Assembly: GCF_003712105.1 (NCBI RefSeq)
Contig: NZ_RHLG01000006.1
Coordinates: 19,240 to 83,239 of the forward strand
Source: Winogradskyella sp.
Lineage (GTDB): Bacteria; Bacteroidota; Bacteroidia; Flavobacteriales; Flavobacteriaceae
Length of the DNA stretch: 64,000 nt
Direction of reading: 5' to 3'
Program-made: the position numbers and the translations under genes
The notes under the pieces: model-generated
Databases searched by the model: none
What the model was told of the DNA's origin: nothing
What the model saw: only the letters and a program-made list of their open reading frames with translations
Shown here: piece by piece, positions 10,299 to 19,859 of the stretch
How positions within the stretch are numbered: the stretch's first letter is position 1
Layout of the letters: each line of letters opens with the position of its first letter

Positions 10299-10943
10299 AT
10301 GTACAAATACAAGTGTGTTATTTTTGATTGTGATGGCGTATTAGTAGATAGTGAGCCAATTGGCAACGAAGTTTTAGTAGAAATGACTAATGAGCTAGGT
10401 GGCAACATTGAATTAGATTTTGCGTACGAACACTTCAAAGGAAATTCAATACAAACGGTTGTCGATCATATTTCAAAATTAGTAAACCACAAGCTTGGTG
10501 AAGCATTTATTTCTGAATATAGAGAGCGTTCCTACAAAGCATTTAAAGAAAAGATAAAACCTGTCACAGGTGTAGAAGATGTAATTAAAAAATTGCAAAT
10601 TCCTTTTTGTGTGGCTTCAAGCGGTCCTATAGAGAAAATAAAACTTAATTTAAATCTTACAGGATTACTACCTTATTTTGAAGACAAAATTTTTAGCTGT
10701 TATACGATACAAAAGTGGAAACCTGAACCAGATATTTTTTTGCTAGCTGCAAAAACTATGGGATTTTTACCTGAAGATTGTTTAGTAATCGAAGATAGTG
10801 AGATAGGTGTGCAAGCGGCAAAAAATGGTGGCTTTAATGTATTTTCTTACACAGAGCACGATTACAATGGTAAATTGGCCAAAGTTTCTCTTAAAACTTT
10901 CGATAAGATGTCAAGTCTACCGGCTCTTTTAACAAATATTTAA
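10299..10943 (+). CDS. HAD family hydrolase (beta-phosphoglucomutase-like)
   Basis: FDCDGVLVDS, KPEPDIF, IEDS motifs. Confidence 0.88.
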   Translation: MYKYKCVIFDCDGVLVDSEPIGNEVLVEMTNELGGNIELDFAYEHFKGNSIQTVVDHISKLVNHKLGEAFISEYRERSYKAFKEKIKPVTGVEDVIKKLQIPFCVASSGPIEKIKLNLNLTGLLPYFEDKIFSCYTIQKWKPEPDIFLLAAKTMGFLPEDCLVIEDSEIGVQAAKNGGFNVFSYTEHDYNGKLAKVSLKTFDKMSSLPALLTNI

Positions 10944-10976
10944 TACTAATTTTTATCTTAGCAAAAAAAGGATTTT

Positions 10977-13900
10977 ATGCTAAGAAAACTACTCAGAAAT
11001 CGCTGGTCTTTTTTATTAATTTTTTGTTTTATAATTCAACGCAATTATTCCCAAACCTTTAATCGTGTTGAGGATATTGTTGGTTTAGGAATTCTTTCAG
11101 AAAATAACGGAGCAGCAGTTGCCGACTATGATGGTGATAATGACCTAGATATTTTTGTGGTTGCTAAATCACCAGATGATCCAGACAGTCCTAAAACGCT
11201 AAGTCGTCTGTTTAGAAATAATAATGATGGCTCTTTTACAGATGTAACTGAGGCAGCTGGGTTTACAGACTTGTTATTACCAGATGAAGCAGGTGAAGAT
11301 TTTGATGGTCTTGATGGCCAAAAAAGTGGTGCATCTTGGGGTGACTATAATAATGATGGCTTCCCGGATTTATTTTTAACCTATTCTTTTAAAGTTCAAT
11401 TGTTCAGAAACCTTGGTAATGGAACTTTTGTTGACTTAACAGGCATCGCTGGGTTTGACGATTTAAACAGCTGTCGAAATATGGGAGCCACTTGGTTTGA
11501 TTATAATAATGATGGCTTCTTAGATATATACATTAATGATTGGAATACATGTGGTAGTAATCAATTATACAGAAATAATGGCAACAATACGTTTACCAAT
11601 GTAACGGTGTCTTCAGGTATTCAATCTTTGCCAAATTTAGCAACATATTCGGCATTGCCTTTCGATTTTAATTCAGATGATGATATGGATTTGTTTGTGG
11701 CCAACTACTTAAGTCAAACCAATGATTTATTTATTAATAACGGTGGTACTTCATTTTCAAATCAGGCTTCAACTTATGGTGTAAATACAACAACAGGAGA
11801 AAACGGAATTTCAGTAAGTGATTATAATAGCGATGGCTTCTTTGACATATTTGTAACAGGAGTTGATGGTAATGCACTATATACAAACAACGGTGATAAC
11901 ACATTTACGGAAAACGCAAGTGCTCTTGGTCTTAATAATACGCTATGGTCAAAAGGTTCATGTTTTTCGGATTTTGATTTAGATGGAGATGAAGATCTCT
12001 ATATTGTTAATGGTTTTGAAACTGATACCCGTGGAGCAGAAGCTAATGTTTACTATAGAAATTTAAGTGCTCAAGGTCAAACTGCTTTTGAAAATGCTTC
12101 AGCATCTTTGGGCTTAGACTCACAATCAGTCAGCGTTGAATCTATTCATTTTGATTATGACAATGATGGAGATATTGACATTTTTGTTACCAATAGTGAT
12201 GGAACATCATTCCTGTACGAAAATACGTTGTTAAATTTTGATGATGTTACAGCTGCTAAAAATTGGTTTAAATTAAATTTAGTTGGTACAACATCAAATA
12301 GAAATGCGATTGGTGCTATTGTAAGATTAACTACTTCTTCAGGTACAATTATTAGATATAATTATGGTGTTGGATTTTTAGGACAAAGTTTGCAGGCACT
12401 TCATTTTGGCTTGGATAATGATACCACGATTACATCTCTAGAAATTAACTGGCCATCAGGCGCTGTTGAAAACTACAATTCTAATTTATCTATAAATAGT
12501 ACAATGCAAGCTTTAGAAGGTGTTGGTTTGGTAAATCAAAATATATTGCCAAGTCAAAAAGTGTATGGATGTACAGATACAGTTTCATGTACTTACAATC
12601 CTGCAGCTACACTTGATGACGGTTCTTGTACCTACCTGCCTTCTCAAAGTATTATTGGAAATACCGATACCGGATTTTATAGTACAGAAACCTATACGTA
12701 TGCCTTGGCAAATGGCTCCACTGCAGATTGGCATGTAGAAGGCGGCGAAATTTTAAGTGGTCAAGGTACTAATACCATTACTGTATTGTGGGAAGTTGAA
12801 GCAGAAGGTTCGGTTTCTGTTACTGAAATGAGTGATTTATGTTCTAGCTTAAGTACAAGTCTAAATGTTAATATTTCGGCTGAAGATTTATCAGAAAATG
12901 TATCAATAGCACGGCTGTGGAATGAAACTCTATTAAGTGCTATACGTGGAGATTTTGCTAGACCTACAGTTCATGCAAGAAATTTATTTCATACAAGTTT
13001 TGCTATGTTTGATATTTGGGCAATATACAATAGTAACAAAGCAAACCCATATCTCTTAGGTAAAGACTTAAACGGTTTTTCATCAACTTTAGAACCCTTT
13101 ACACCTCAAGAGTCTATAAGTGAATCAACTAAAAAAGCAATTAGCTATGCCATGTATAGATTGCTTGCGTATCGTTTTCAAAACTCGCCAGGAGCAGAAG
13201 CTAATCAAAGACGTATAGATTTAATTATGGAAAGTCTTGGTTATGATACCGCCTTTACGTCATTGTTTTACGAAGATGGTGATGCAGCAGCTTTTGGAAA
13301 TTATGTTGCGCAAACAGTTATCGATTACGGATTGCAAGATGGTTCTCGCGAAAGCACAGGCTTTGATAACGCTTATTACGAGCCAGTTAACCAAGCCTAT
13401 AATCTTGAGCTACCTAATAATCCGCCAATGGTTGACCCAAATAGATGGCAGCCACTTGGCTTAGACACATTTATAGATCAAGGCGGAAATGTCGTTGATG
13501 GTAATGTTCCTGAATTCTTAAGTCCAGAATGGGGAAATGTATTTGGTTTTGCTTTAAAGGAAGAAGATGTAACAACGTATAATAGAGACGGAGATACCTA
13601 TCGTGTTTACCATGACCCAGCTGCGCCACCGTATATCAATACTTCTGTTGAAGATGAAATGAGTGAGCAGTACAAATGGGGCTTTTCAATGGTTTCAGTA
13701 TGGCAGTCTCATTTAGATCCTACTGATGGTGTAATGTGGGATATCTCTCCTGGAGCAATAGGAAATACAGATATCGCTGATTTTCCAACAGATTTTGCCG
13801 ATTATCCATCCTTTTACAATTTTATTGATGGAGGAGATATAGGTACAGGACATGTCGTTAATCCAAAAACAGCGTTACCATACCAACCAAATATGGTGCC

Positions 13901-15011
13901 ACGCGGTGATTATGCAAGAGTTTTAGCAGAGTTTTGGGCAGATGGGCCAGATTCTGAAACACCACCAGGGCATTGGTTTACGATACTTAATTATGTGAAT
14001 GACCATCCAGAATTTGAAAAACGTTTTGAAGGTGAAGGCGAAGAGTTAAATGGATTAGAATGGGATGTTAAGGCCTATTTTATATTAGGTGGTGGAATGC
14101 ACGATTCAGCTATAGCTGCATGGAGTGTTAAAGGCTGGTACGACTATGTAAGACCAATTTCAGCTATAAGATATATGGGAGATGAGCAAGGGCAAAGTAC
14201 AGACCCAAACTTACCTAATTATAGTGTTACTGGCTTTCAACTTATGCCTGGATATATAGAACTTGTAGAAGCAGGTGATCCATTAGCGGGCTTTTTTGGA
14301 CAGAATATTGGAAAAATAAAACTCTTTACATGGCGTGGTCACGATTTTATTAACGACACAGAAACGGATGTGGCAGGAGTTGGATGGATTTTAGCCGAAG
14401 ATTGGTATCCTTATCAACGTCCTACATTCGTTACACCGCCATTTGCAGGTTATGTTTCAGGGCATTCAACATATTCTAGAGCAGCATCAGAAATCTTAAC
14501 TAAACTTACTGGAGATCCATTTTTCCCAGGAGGTTTAGGAGAATTTGTTGCTAGACAGAATGAGTTTTTAGTTTTTGAAGATGGTCCTTCAGTAGACGTT
14601 GTATTACAATGGGCGACATATAGAGATGCATCAGACCAAACTAGTCTTTCACGTATTTGGGGTGGAATTCATCCACCAGCAGATGATATTCCTGGAAGAT
14701 TTATAGGTCAAAAAGTGGCAGATGATACCTTTGAGTTTGCACTACCTTATTTTGAGGCTACTCAAAACCCAGCGGTGGTCATAGAACAGATTGTATATCC
14801 GAACCCTACTAATGATCAGCAATTTTTTATTTCTAATACATTGCCTGGAGATAATATCGAGATTTTTGATATTAGTGGAAGAAAGATTGATATTATCCAA
14901 TCTCAGTACGATGATTTAAACCGTATTACTCTAATACGTCTAAACAACGCGACAACGGGTATTTATATTTTGCGTGTTAACGATAATCCTATTAAGGTTG
15001 TAGTTAAATAA
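10977..15011 (+). CDS. T9SS cargo: FG-GAP repeats + ASPIC/UnbV + Cys-rich linker + vanadium haloperoxidase/PAP2-type domain + CTD
   Basis: Seven D[YF]xxDxxxD[LI][FY] repeats, SNRNAIGA...LHFGL...INWPSG, K-X6-RP / SGH / SR-X5-H motifs, YPNP...GIYILRV CTD. Confidence 0.8.
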   Translation: MLRKLLRNRWSFLLIFCFIIQRNYSQTFNRVEDIVGLGILSENNGAAVADYDGDNDLDIFVVAKSPDDPDSPKTLSRLFRNNNDGSFTDVTEAAGFTDLLLPDEAGEDFDGLDGQKSGASWGDYNNDGFPDLFLTYSFKVQLFRNLGNGTFVDLTGIAGFDDLNSCRNMGATWFDYNNDGFLDIYINDWNTCGSNQLYRNNGNNTFTNVTVSSGIQSLPNLATYSALPFDFNSDDDMDLFVANYLSQTNDLFINNGGTSFSNQASTYGVNTTTGENGISVSDYNSDGFFDIFVTGVDGNALYTNNGDNTFTENASALGLNNTLWSKGSCFSDFDLDGDEDLYIVNGFETDTRGAEANVYYRNLSAQGQTAFENASASLGLDSQSVSVESIHFDYDNDGDIDIFVTNSDGTSFLYENTLLNFDDVTAAKNWFKLNLVGTTSNRNAIGAIVRLTTSSGTIIRYNYGVGFLGQSLQALHFGLDNDTTITSLEINWPSGAVENYNSNLSINSTMQALEGVGLVNQNILPSQKVYGCTDTVSCTYNPAATLDDGSCTYLPSQSIIGNTDTGFYSTETYTYALANGSTADWHVEGGEILSGQGTNTITVLWEVEAEGSVSVTEMSDLCSSLSTSLNVNISAEDLSENVSIARLWNETLLSAIRGDFARPTVHARNLFHTSFAMFDIWAIYNSNKANPYLLGKDLNGFSSTLEPFTPQESISESTKKAISYAMYRLLAYRFQNSPGAEANQRRIDLIMESLGYDTAFTSLFYEDGDAAAFGNYVAQTVIDYGLQDGSRESTGFDNAYYEPVNQAYNLELPNNPPMVDPNRWQPLGLDTFIDQGGNVVDGNVPEFLSPEWGNVFGFALKEEDVTTYNRDGDTYRVYHDPAAPPYINTSVEDEMSEQYKWGFSMVSVWQSHLDPTDGVMWDISPGAIGNTDIADFPTDFADYPSFYNFIDGGDIGTGHVVNPKTALPYQPNMVPRGDYARVLAEFWADGPDSETPPGHWFTILNYVNDHPEFEKRFEGEGEELNGLEWDVKAYFILGGGMHDSAIAAWSVKGWYDYVRPISAIRYMGDEQGQSTDPNLPNYSVTGFQLMPGYIELVEAGDPLAGFFGQNIGKIKLFTWRGHDFINDTETDVAGVGWILAEDWYPYQRPTFVTPPFAGYVSGHSTYSRAASEILTKLTGDPFFPGGLGEFVARQNEFLVFEDGPSVDVVLQWATYRDASDQTSLSRIWGGIHPPADDIPGRFIGQKVADDTFEFALPYFEATQNPAVVIEQIVYPNPTNDQQFFISNTLPGDNIEIFDISGRKIDIIQSQYDDLNRITLIRLNNATTGIYILRVNDNPIKVVVK

Positions 15012-15041
15012 CCACTGCGTGATTTTTACAATATCAAATTG

Positions 15042-15638
15042 ATGGATAAAACAGTAATCAATCACATTCCTTCAGCAGCGGTAAATTTAATTCAAAGCTT
15101 AATCGAAAACGAAAATCTAGTAATAAAAATAAAGCAAGAACGTAAAACCAGGCACGGTGATTACAAAAAGCTTCATAATGGCAAGCATCAGATTACGGTA
15201 AATTCAAACTTAAATATATACCGGTTTTTAATAACACTTGTGCATGAGATTGCGCATTTAAAGGCATATCAAGAATATGGTTTACGGATAAAACCTCACG
15301 GTAAAGAATGGAAAAAAACGTTTCAACATTTAATGTTACCATTTTTAAATCCAGATATTTTCCCACCACATGTATTACCATTGTTAGCACAACACTTTAA
15401 AAACCCGAAAGCATCGAGTGATACAGATACTGATTTAGCGTTAGCACTTAAGCAATATAACCCATCAAATAATAATAAATTTGTATTTGAGTTAGATGAA
15501 GGCGTAACATTTAAGCTATATAATGGACGAATATTCAGAAAGGGCCTAAAACGAAGAAAGCGTTTTGAGTGCATAGAATTAAGTACAGGAAAGCTATATT
15601 TGTTTAACCCTAATGCTGAGGTGGAGATTTTAGAATAA
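15042..15638 (+). CDS. SprT-like zinc metallopeptidase domain protein
   Basis: HEIAH (HExxH) followed by PHGKEWK; ATG at 15042 preferred over TTG at 15039. Confidence 0.8.
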   Translation: MDKTVINHIPSAAVNLIQSLIENENLVIKIKQERKTRHGDYKKLHNGKHQITVNSNLNIYRFLITLVHEIAHLKAYQEYGLRIKPHGKEWKKTFQHLMLPFLNPDIFPPHVLPLLAQHFKNPKASSDTDTDLALALKQYNPSNNNKFVFELDEGVTFKLYNGRIFRKGLKRRKRFECIELSTGKLYLFNPNAEVEILE

Positions 15639-15674
15639 CCAACACCTTATGCAAAGTCTAAAGATATTTTAGAT

Positions 15675-16757
15675 ATGAAAAATAAAGATTACTATGCAAT
15701 TTTAATGGCTGGCGGTGTAGGCTCTAGATTTTGGCCAGTGAGTACTCAAGACTTTCCAAAACAGTTTCACGATATGCTTGGTTCAGGAGATACACTCATT
15801 CAGAAAACGTTTAATCGACTTGCAAAGTTTATACCAACAGAGAATATCTTTATTCTAACCAATGAACGCTACAACGATTTGGTTTTTGAGCAACTGCCCA
15901 GTGTAACCTCGCGACAAGTGGTTTTAGAACCAGCTATGAGGAATACGGCTCCATGTATACTTTATGCATCACTCAAAATTCAAAAAGAAAATCCAAATGC
16001 CGTCATGATTGTAGCACCAAGTGACCATTGGATTGAAGATGAGCAGTCCTTTACTAATAATGTAAAACAAGCGTTCGAGTTTTGCTCTAATAATGATGCT
16101 TTAATGACCTTGGGCATTACACCAACTTTCCCTAATACAGGATATGGTTATATAGAGTATAATAAGTCTTCGGTTTCGGATATTAAAGTTGTAAACCAAT
16201 TTAGAGAAAAGCCAGATTATGAAACCGCAAAGCACTTCTTAAACCAAGGCAATTTTCTTTGGAATGCAGGAATATTTATGTGGAGTGTGACTTCTGTGGT
16301 TAAAGCGTTTCAAAATAATCAAGGAGAATTGTATAGTTTATTCGAAAAAGGCCAAGACGCTTACAACACGGATTCTGAAGATAAATTTATTCAAGAAAAT
16401 TATAAAAAAGCCGAAAATATTTCTGTGGATTACGCCATAATGGAAAAGAGCGATAATGTGTATGTTATACCTGCTACATTTGATTGGAACGACCTCGGAA
16501 CTTGGGGAAGCCTTTACGATAAATTAGATAAAGATGATGATGGCAATGCAGTAGTTAACGCCAAAACATTGTCTTTAGAATCATCGGGAAATATGATTAG
16601 AACAACAGACAATAAGATTGTTGTAGTCGATGGCCTTAAGGACTATATAATTGTAGATAAAGACGAAGTTTTACTTATCTTTCCTAAAGCGAAAGAACAA
16701 GATATAAAGGTAGTTCTTAAGCAAGTTAAGGATAAGTTTGGTGAAAAATATGGGTAA
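15675..16757 (+). CDS. manC: Mannose-1-phosphate guanylyltransferase
   Basis: MAGGVGSRFWP...PKQF, EPAMRNTAP, SVDYAIME, WNDLGTW. Confidence 0.9.
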   Translation: MKNKDYYAILMAGGVGSRFWPVSTQDFPKQFHDMLGSGDTLIQKTFNRLAKFIPTENIFILTNERYNDLVFEQLPSVTSRQVVLEPAMRNTAPCILYASLKIQKENPNAVMIVAPSDHWIEDEQSFTNNVKQAFEFCSNNDALMTLGITPTFPNTGYGYIEYNKSSVSDIKVVNQFREKPDYETAKHFLNQGNFLWNAGIFMWSVTSVVKAFQNNQGELYSLFEKGQDAYNTDSEDKFIQENYKKAENISVDYAIMEKSDNVYVIPATFDWNDLGTWGSLYDKLDKDDDGNAVVNAKTLSLESSGNMIRTTDNKIVVVDGLKDYIIVDKDEVLLIFPKAKEQDIKVVLKQVKDKFGEKYG

Positions 16758-16759
16758 CT

Positions 16760-18235
16760 ATGAGTGAAGAAAATAAATTTAATTTTTCTGAAGAGGAAAA
16801 TGAATCAATAGCTAAAGAGACATCAGTAGAAGAAAAAAAAGAAGCTGTTAAAGAAGACGCCAAAGGCTTGTTTTCTAGCATATCAATTTTTATAAAGGAA
16901 TTACTAGACTTTAGAGACGACACTGACAGAGAAGCTACTGTAAATGCAATCAAGGCAGACATTCCTTTTAAAGGTGCGACAGCTTGGATATTAGTATGCT
17001 CAATTATGGTAGCATCTGTAGGATTAAATGCTGATTCCGCGGCAGTTGTAATTGGTGCCATGTTAATATCTCCATTAATGGGACCAATTTTAGGTTTAGG
17101 GATGTCAATAGCAATTAATGATATAGATACGCTCAAAAGCTCCTTAATTAACCTAGCGGTTATGATTATACTTAGTCTATTGACTGCTTATTTGTTTTTT
17201 AGATTCTTTCCAACTGCTGACATAGGAAATAATGAGATTTTTGCGCGTACTAAACCAGATATTAGAGATGTATTAATTGCATTTTTTGGTGGATTGGCAC
17301 TGATAATTGCTAGAACTAAAAAAGGCACAATTGCTTCGGTAATTTTTGGTGTAGCAATCGCAACAGCCTTAATGCCACCATTATGTGTTGCTGGCTATGG
17401 ACTTGCAAACGATTGGACGTCTTTTATTGGAGCTATGTATTTGTTTACAATAAATACAATTTTTATAGCCTTAGCGACATTTATTGTTTTAAAGGTATTG
17501 CGTTTTCCAATGCTTAAGTATGCCAATTCAAAAAAAAGAAAACGTATATCCCAACTAGCGTCATTAGTAGCAATTTTGGTGATGATATGGCCTACAATTA
17601 AGTTTATTGATTTTATAGATGAAACCCGAATAGCATCAGATTACAGTGAGTTTAAAAAAGAAATTGAAGCCAATGAGAAAATATGGCTTCAAAATGAAAT
17701 TAAAAATGATGATGACAAAACTATTAAGCTTTACTTCAATAATTTAATGGATGAGGTTGCTATTGCTAATTTCGAAAATGACCTATCTCAATATGAAAAA
17801 ATTAAGGATTATAAACTAATAGTTTATGGAGATGATAGCCGTTCTGCCAAAAACCTATCTGAACAATTGAGGAGAGCCTATTCAGATTTAGATCAAAAAG
17901 ATTTAATCATTTCGGGATTAGAAGAACAGTTAAATGAACTTCAAGAAACTGTATCTGGACTCAATCGACAGTTAGAAGCCCAAAACACCTCAGATGAAGT
18001 CTCATTTTCTGGTTTGGCTAAGGATGCTAAAATACGTTTTAATGACCTAGAATATTTTGGTTATTCTAAGATGTTAGAATCTAAGGATTTTATTAAAGTC
18101 GATACGATTACTGTGGCAAATATAAAATGGAAAGCGACGTTAAGTGATAGCTTAGCTACCTTAAAGGAAAAAGAATTGTCAAATTGGTTAAAGGAAGAAA
18201 TTAAAGTCGATACAGTAGTTATTAAAAGAAACTAG
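16760..18235 (+). CDS. DUF389-family membrane protein with C-terminal soluble extension
   Basis: SAAVVIGAMLISPLMGPI, GVAIATALMPPLC, multiple TM segments. Confidence 0.8.
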   Translation: MSEENKFNFSEEENESIAKETSVEEKKEAVKEDAKGLFSSISIFIKELLDFRDDTDREATVNAIKADIPFKGATAWILVCSIMVASVGLNADSAAVVIGAMLISPLMGPILGLGMSIAINDIDTLKSSLINLAVMIILSLLTAYLFFRFFPTADIGNNEIFARTKPDIRDVLIAFFGGLALIIARTKKGTIASVIFGVAIATALMPPLCVAGYGLANDWTSFIGAMYLFTINTIFIALATFIVLKVLRFPMLKYANSKKRKRISQLASLVAILVMIWPTIKFIDFIDETRIASDYSEFKKEIEANEKIWLQNEIKNDDDKTIKLYFNNLMDEVAIANFENDLSQYEKIKDYKLIVYGDDSRSAKNLSEQLRRAYSDLDQKDLIISGLEEQLNELQETVSGLNRQLEAQNTSDEVSFSGLAKDAKIRFNDLEYFGYSKMLESKDFIKVDTITVANIKWKATLSDSLATLKEKELSNWLKEEIKVDTVVIKRN

Positions 18236-18243
18236 TCTTAAAT

Positions 18244-19011
18244 CTATTGATTCTCTTCAATATACATTCGTCTTACTTTTTTAAATAAGTTAGAAGAATA
18301 TACAAAGTTGGTTACCGCTTCATTATCTGTTTTGAAAATAGTGTCTTTTGAACCTTCCCATTCTTTATAACCATTTTTAAGAAAGATAATTTTTTCGCCA
18401 ATTTCCATTACAGAATTCATATCGTGAGAATTAATCACAGTTGTAATTTGATATTCATCTGTAATTTCCTGAATTAAATTATCTATTACTATAGCCGTTT
18501 TTGGGTCAAGCCCAGAGTTTGGCTCATCACAAAACAAGTACTTGGGATTATTAACAATTGCTCTCGCAATTGCAACACGTTTTTGCATACCTCCAGAAGC
18601 TTCACTTGGCATTTTTTTATGAGCATCAGGAAGATTAACACGTTTAAGAACAAGGTCAACGCGGTCTTCCATTTCACTAAAACTTTGCTTTGTAAACATA
18701 CGCAATGGAAACATTACGTTTTCTGCAATAGTCATAGAATCAAACAAGGCACTACCTTGAAATACCATACCAATATCTGCTCGAAGATCACGCTTTTCAT
18801 TAGTATTTAATTCATTAAATATTTTACCTTCATAGGAAATACTACCCTTTTCATATTCAAAAAGACCCAATAGGCATTTTAAAAATACTGTTTTTCCAGA
18901 GCCACTTTGACCAATAATTAAGTTTGTTTTACTCTTTTCAAAAGTGGTGCTAATGCCTTTTAAAATATGTGCATCTCCAAACGATTTATGTAAGTCTTTA
19001 ACTTCTATCAT
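18244..19011 (-). CDS. mlaF: ABC transporter ATP-binding protein, MlaF/Mkl type
   Basis: GQSGSGKT, SGGMQKR, DEPNSGLD; likely start MIEVKDLHKS at 19011, overlapping the mlaE stop (TAATG), rather than 19071. Confidence 0.85.
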   Translation of the reverse strand: MIEVKDLHKSFGDAHILKGISTTFEKSKTNLIIGQSGSGKTVFLKCLLGLFEYEKGSISYEGKIFNELNTNEKRDLRADIGMVFQGSALFDSMTIAENVMFPLRMFTKQSFSEMEDRVDLVLKRVNLPDAHKKMPSEASGGMQKRVAIARAIVNNPKYLFCDEPNSGLDPKTAIVIDNLIQEITDEYQITTVINSHDMNSVMEIGEKIIFLKNGYKEWEGSKDTIFKTDNEAVTNFVYSSNLFKKVRRMYIEENQ

Positions 19012-19748
19012 TAGCCTAAGAGTAAACTCGTTAAAAAGTAATTTGCCAAAATAATCACAACGCTGGTCCACACAAAAGATGTCGTACTGGCTTTACCAAC
19101 CTCGAGAGCTCCACCTTTCATAAAATACCCATAAAATGATGGTATTGTCGCCAATAAAAATGCAAATACTAGTGTTTTAATAAATGCATAAGCCATATGA
19201 AATGGAATAAAATCGTTTTGAACACCATCAATATAATCTTCAAGGGTTCCATAACCACCATAAACACATGCAGCTAAACCACCCAAAATACCTAAAAACA
19301 TCGCAATGGAAATGACAAATGGGTAAAGCGTTAAAGCAATGAATTTCGGAAAGACTAAGTAATTTATTGCGTTAATTCCCATAACCTCTAATGCATCAAT
19401 CTGTTCTGTAACACGCATCGTACCAATACTCGAAGTTATAAATGAACCAACCTTACCTGCCATAATTATAGAAATAAATGTTGGTGCAAACTCTAATATT
19501 ATTGATTGTCTAGTGGCAAAACCGACTAAATATTTTGGAATTAGTGGGTTAGAAATATTTAATGAAGTTTGAATAGCAACCACACCGCCAACAAAAAACG
19601 ATATAAATGCAACTATACCTAGTGAATTAATAATAAGATCGTCGATGTCTTTAAAAATAAGTGTTCGCATTACAGACCATTTAGTGGGCTTGCGAAACAT
19701 GTCTTTAATCATTAAAAAATAGACACCAATATTTTGGAGGTACTTCAT
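19011..19748 (-). CDS. mlaE: MlaE family ABC permease
   Basis: LEFAP...AGKVGS...IGTMRVTEQIDALEVMG, EVGKASTTSFV; ATG at 19748. Confidence 0.88.
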   Translation of the reverse strand: MKYLQNIGVYFLMIKDMFRKPTKWSVMRTLIFKDIDDLIINSLGIVAFISFFVGGVVAIQTSLNISNPLIPKYLVGFATRQSIILEFAPTFISIIMAGKVGSFITSSIGTMRVTEQIDALEVMGINAINYLVFPKFIALTLYPFVISIAMFLGILGGLAACVYGGYGTLEDYIDGVQNDFIPFHMAYAFIKTLVFAFLLATIPSFYGYFMKGGALEVGKASTTSFVWTSVVIILANYFLTSLLLG

Positions 19749-19859
19749 CAAGTAAATTATTAATGCTAAATTATAAAAAACTATGCTTTAATTAATGTTT
19801 TATTAAATTAACATCAATCAATTAATCCTATTTTTGTGCAAATTGATTTCAATAGCCTT

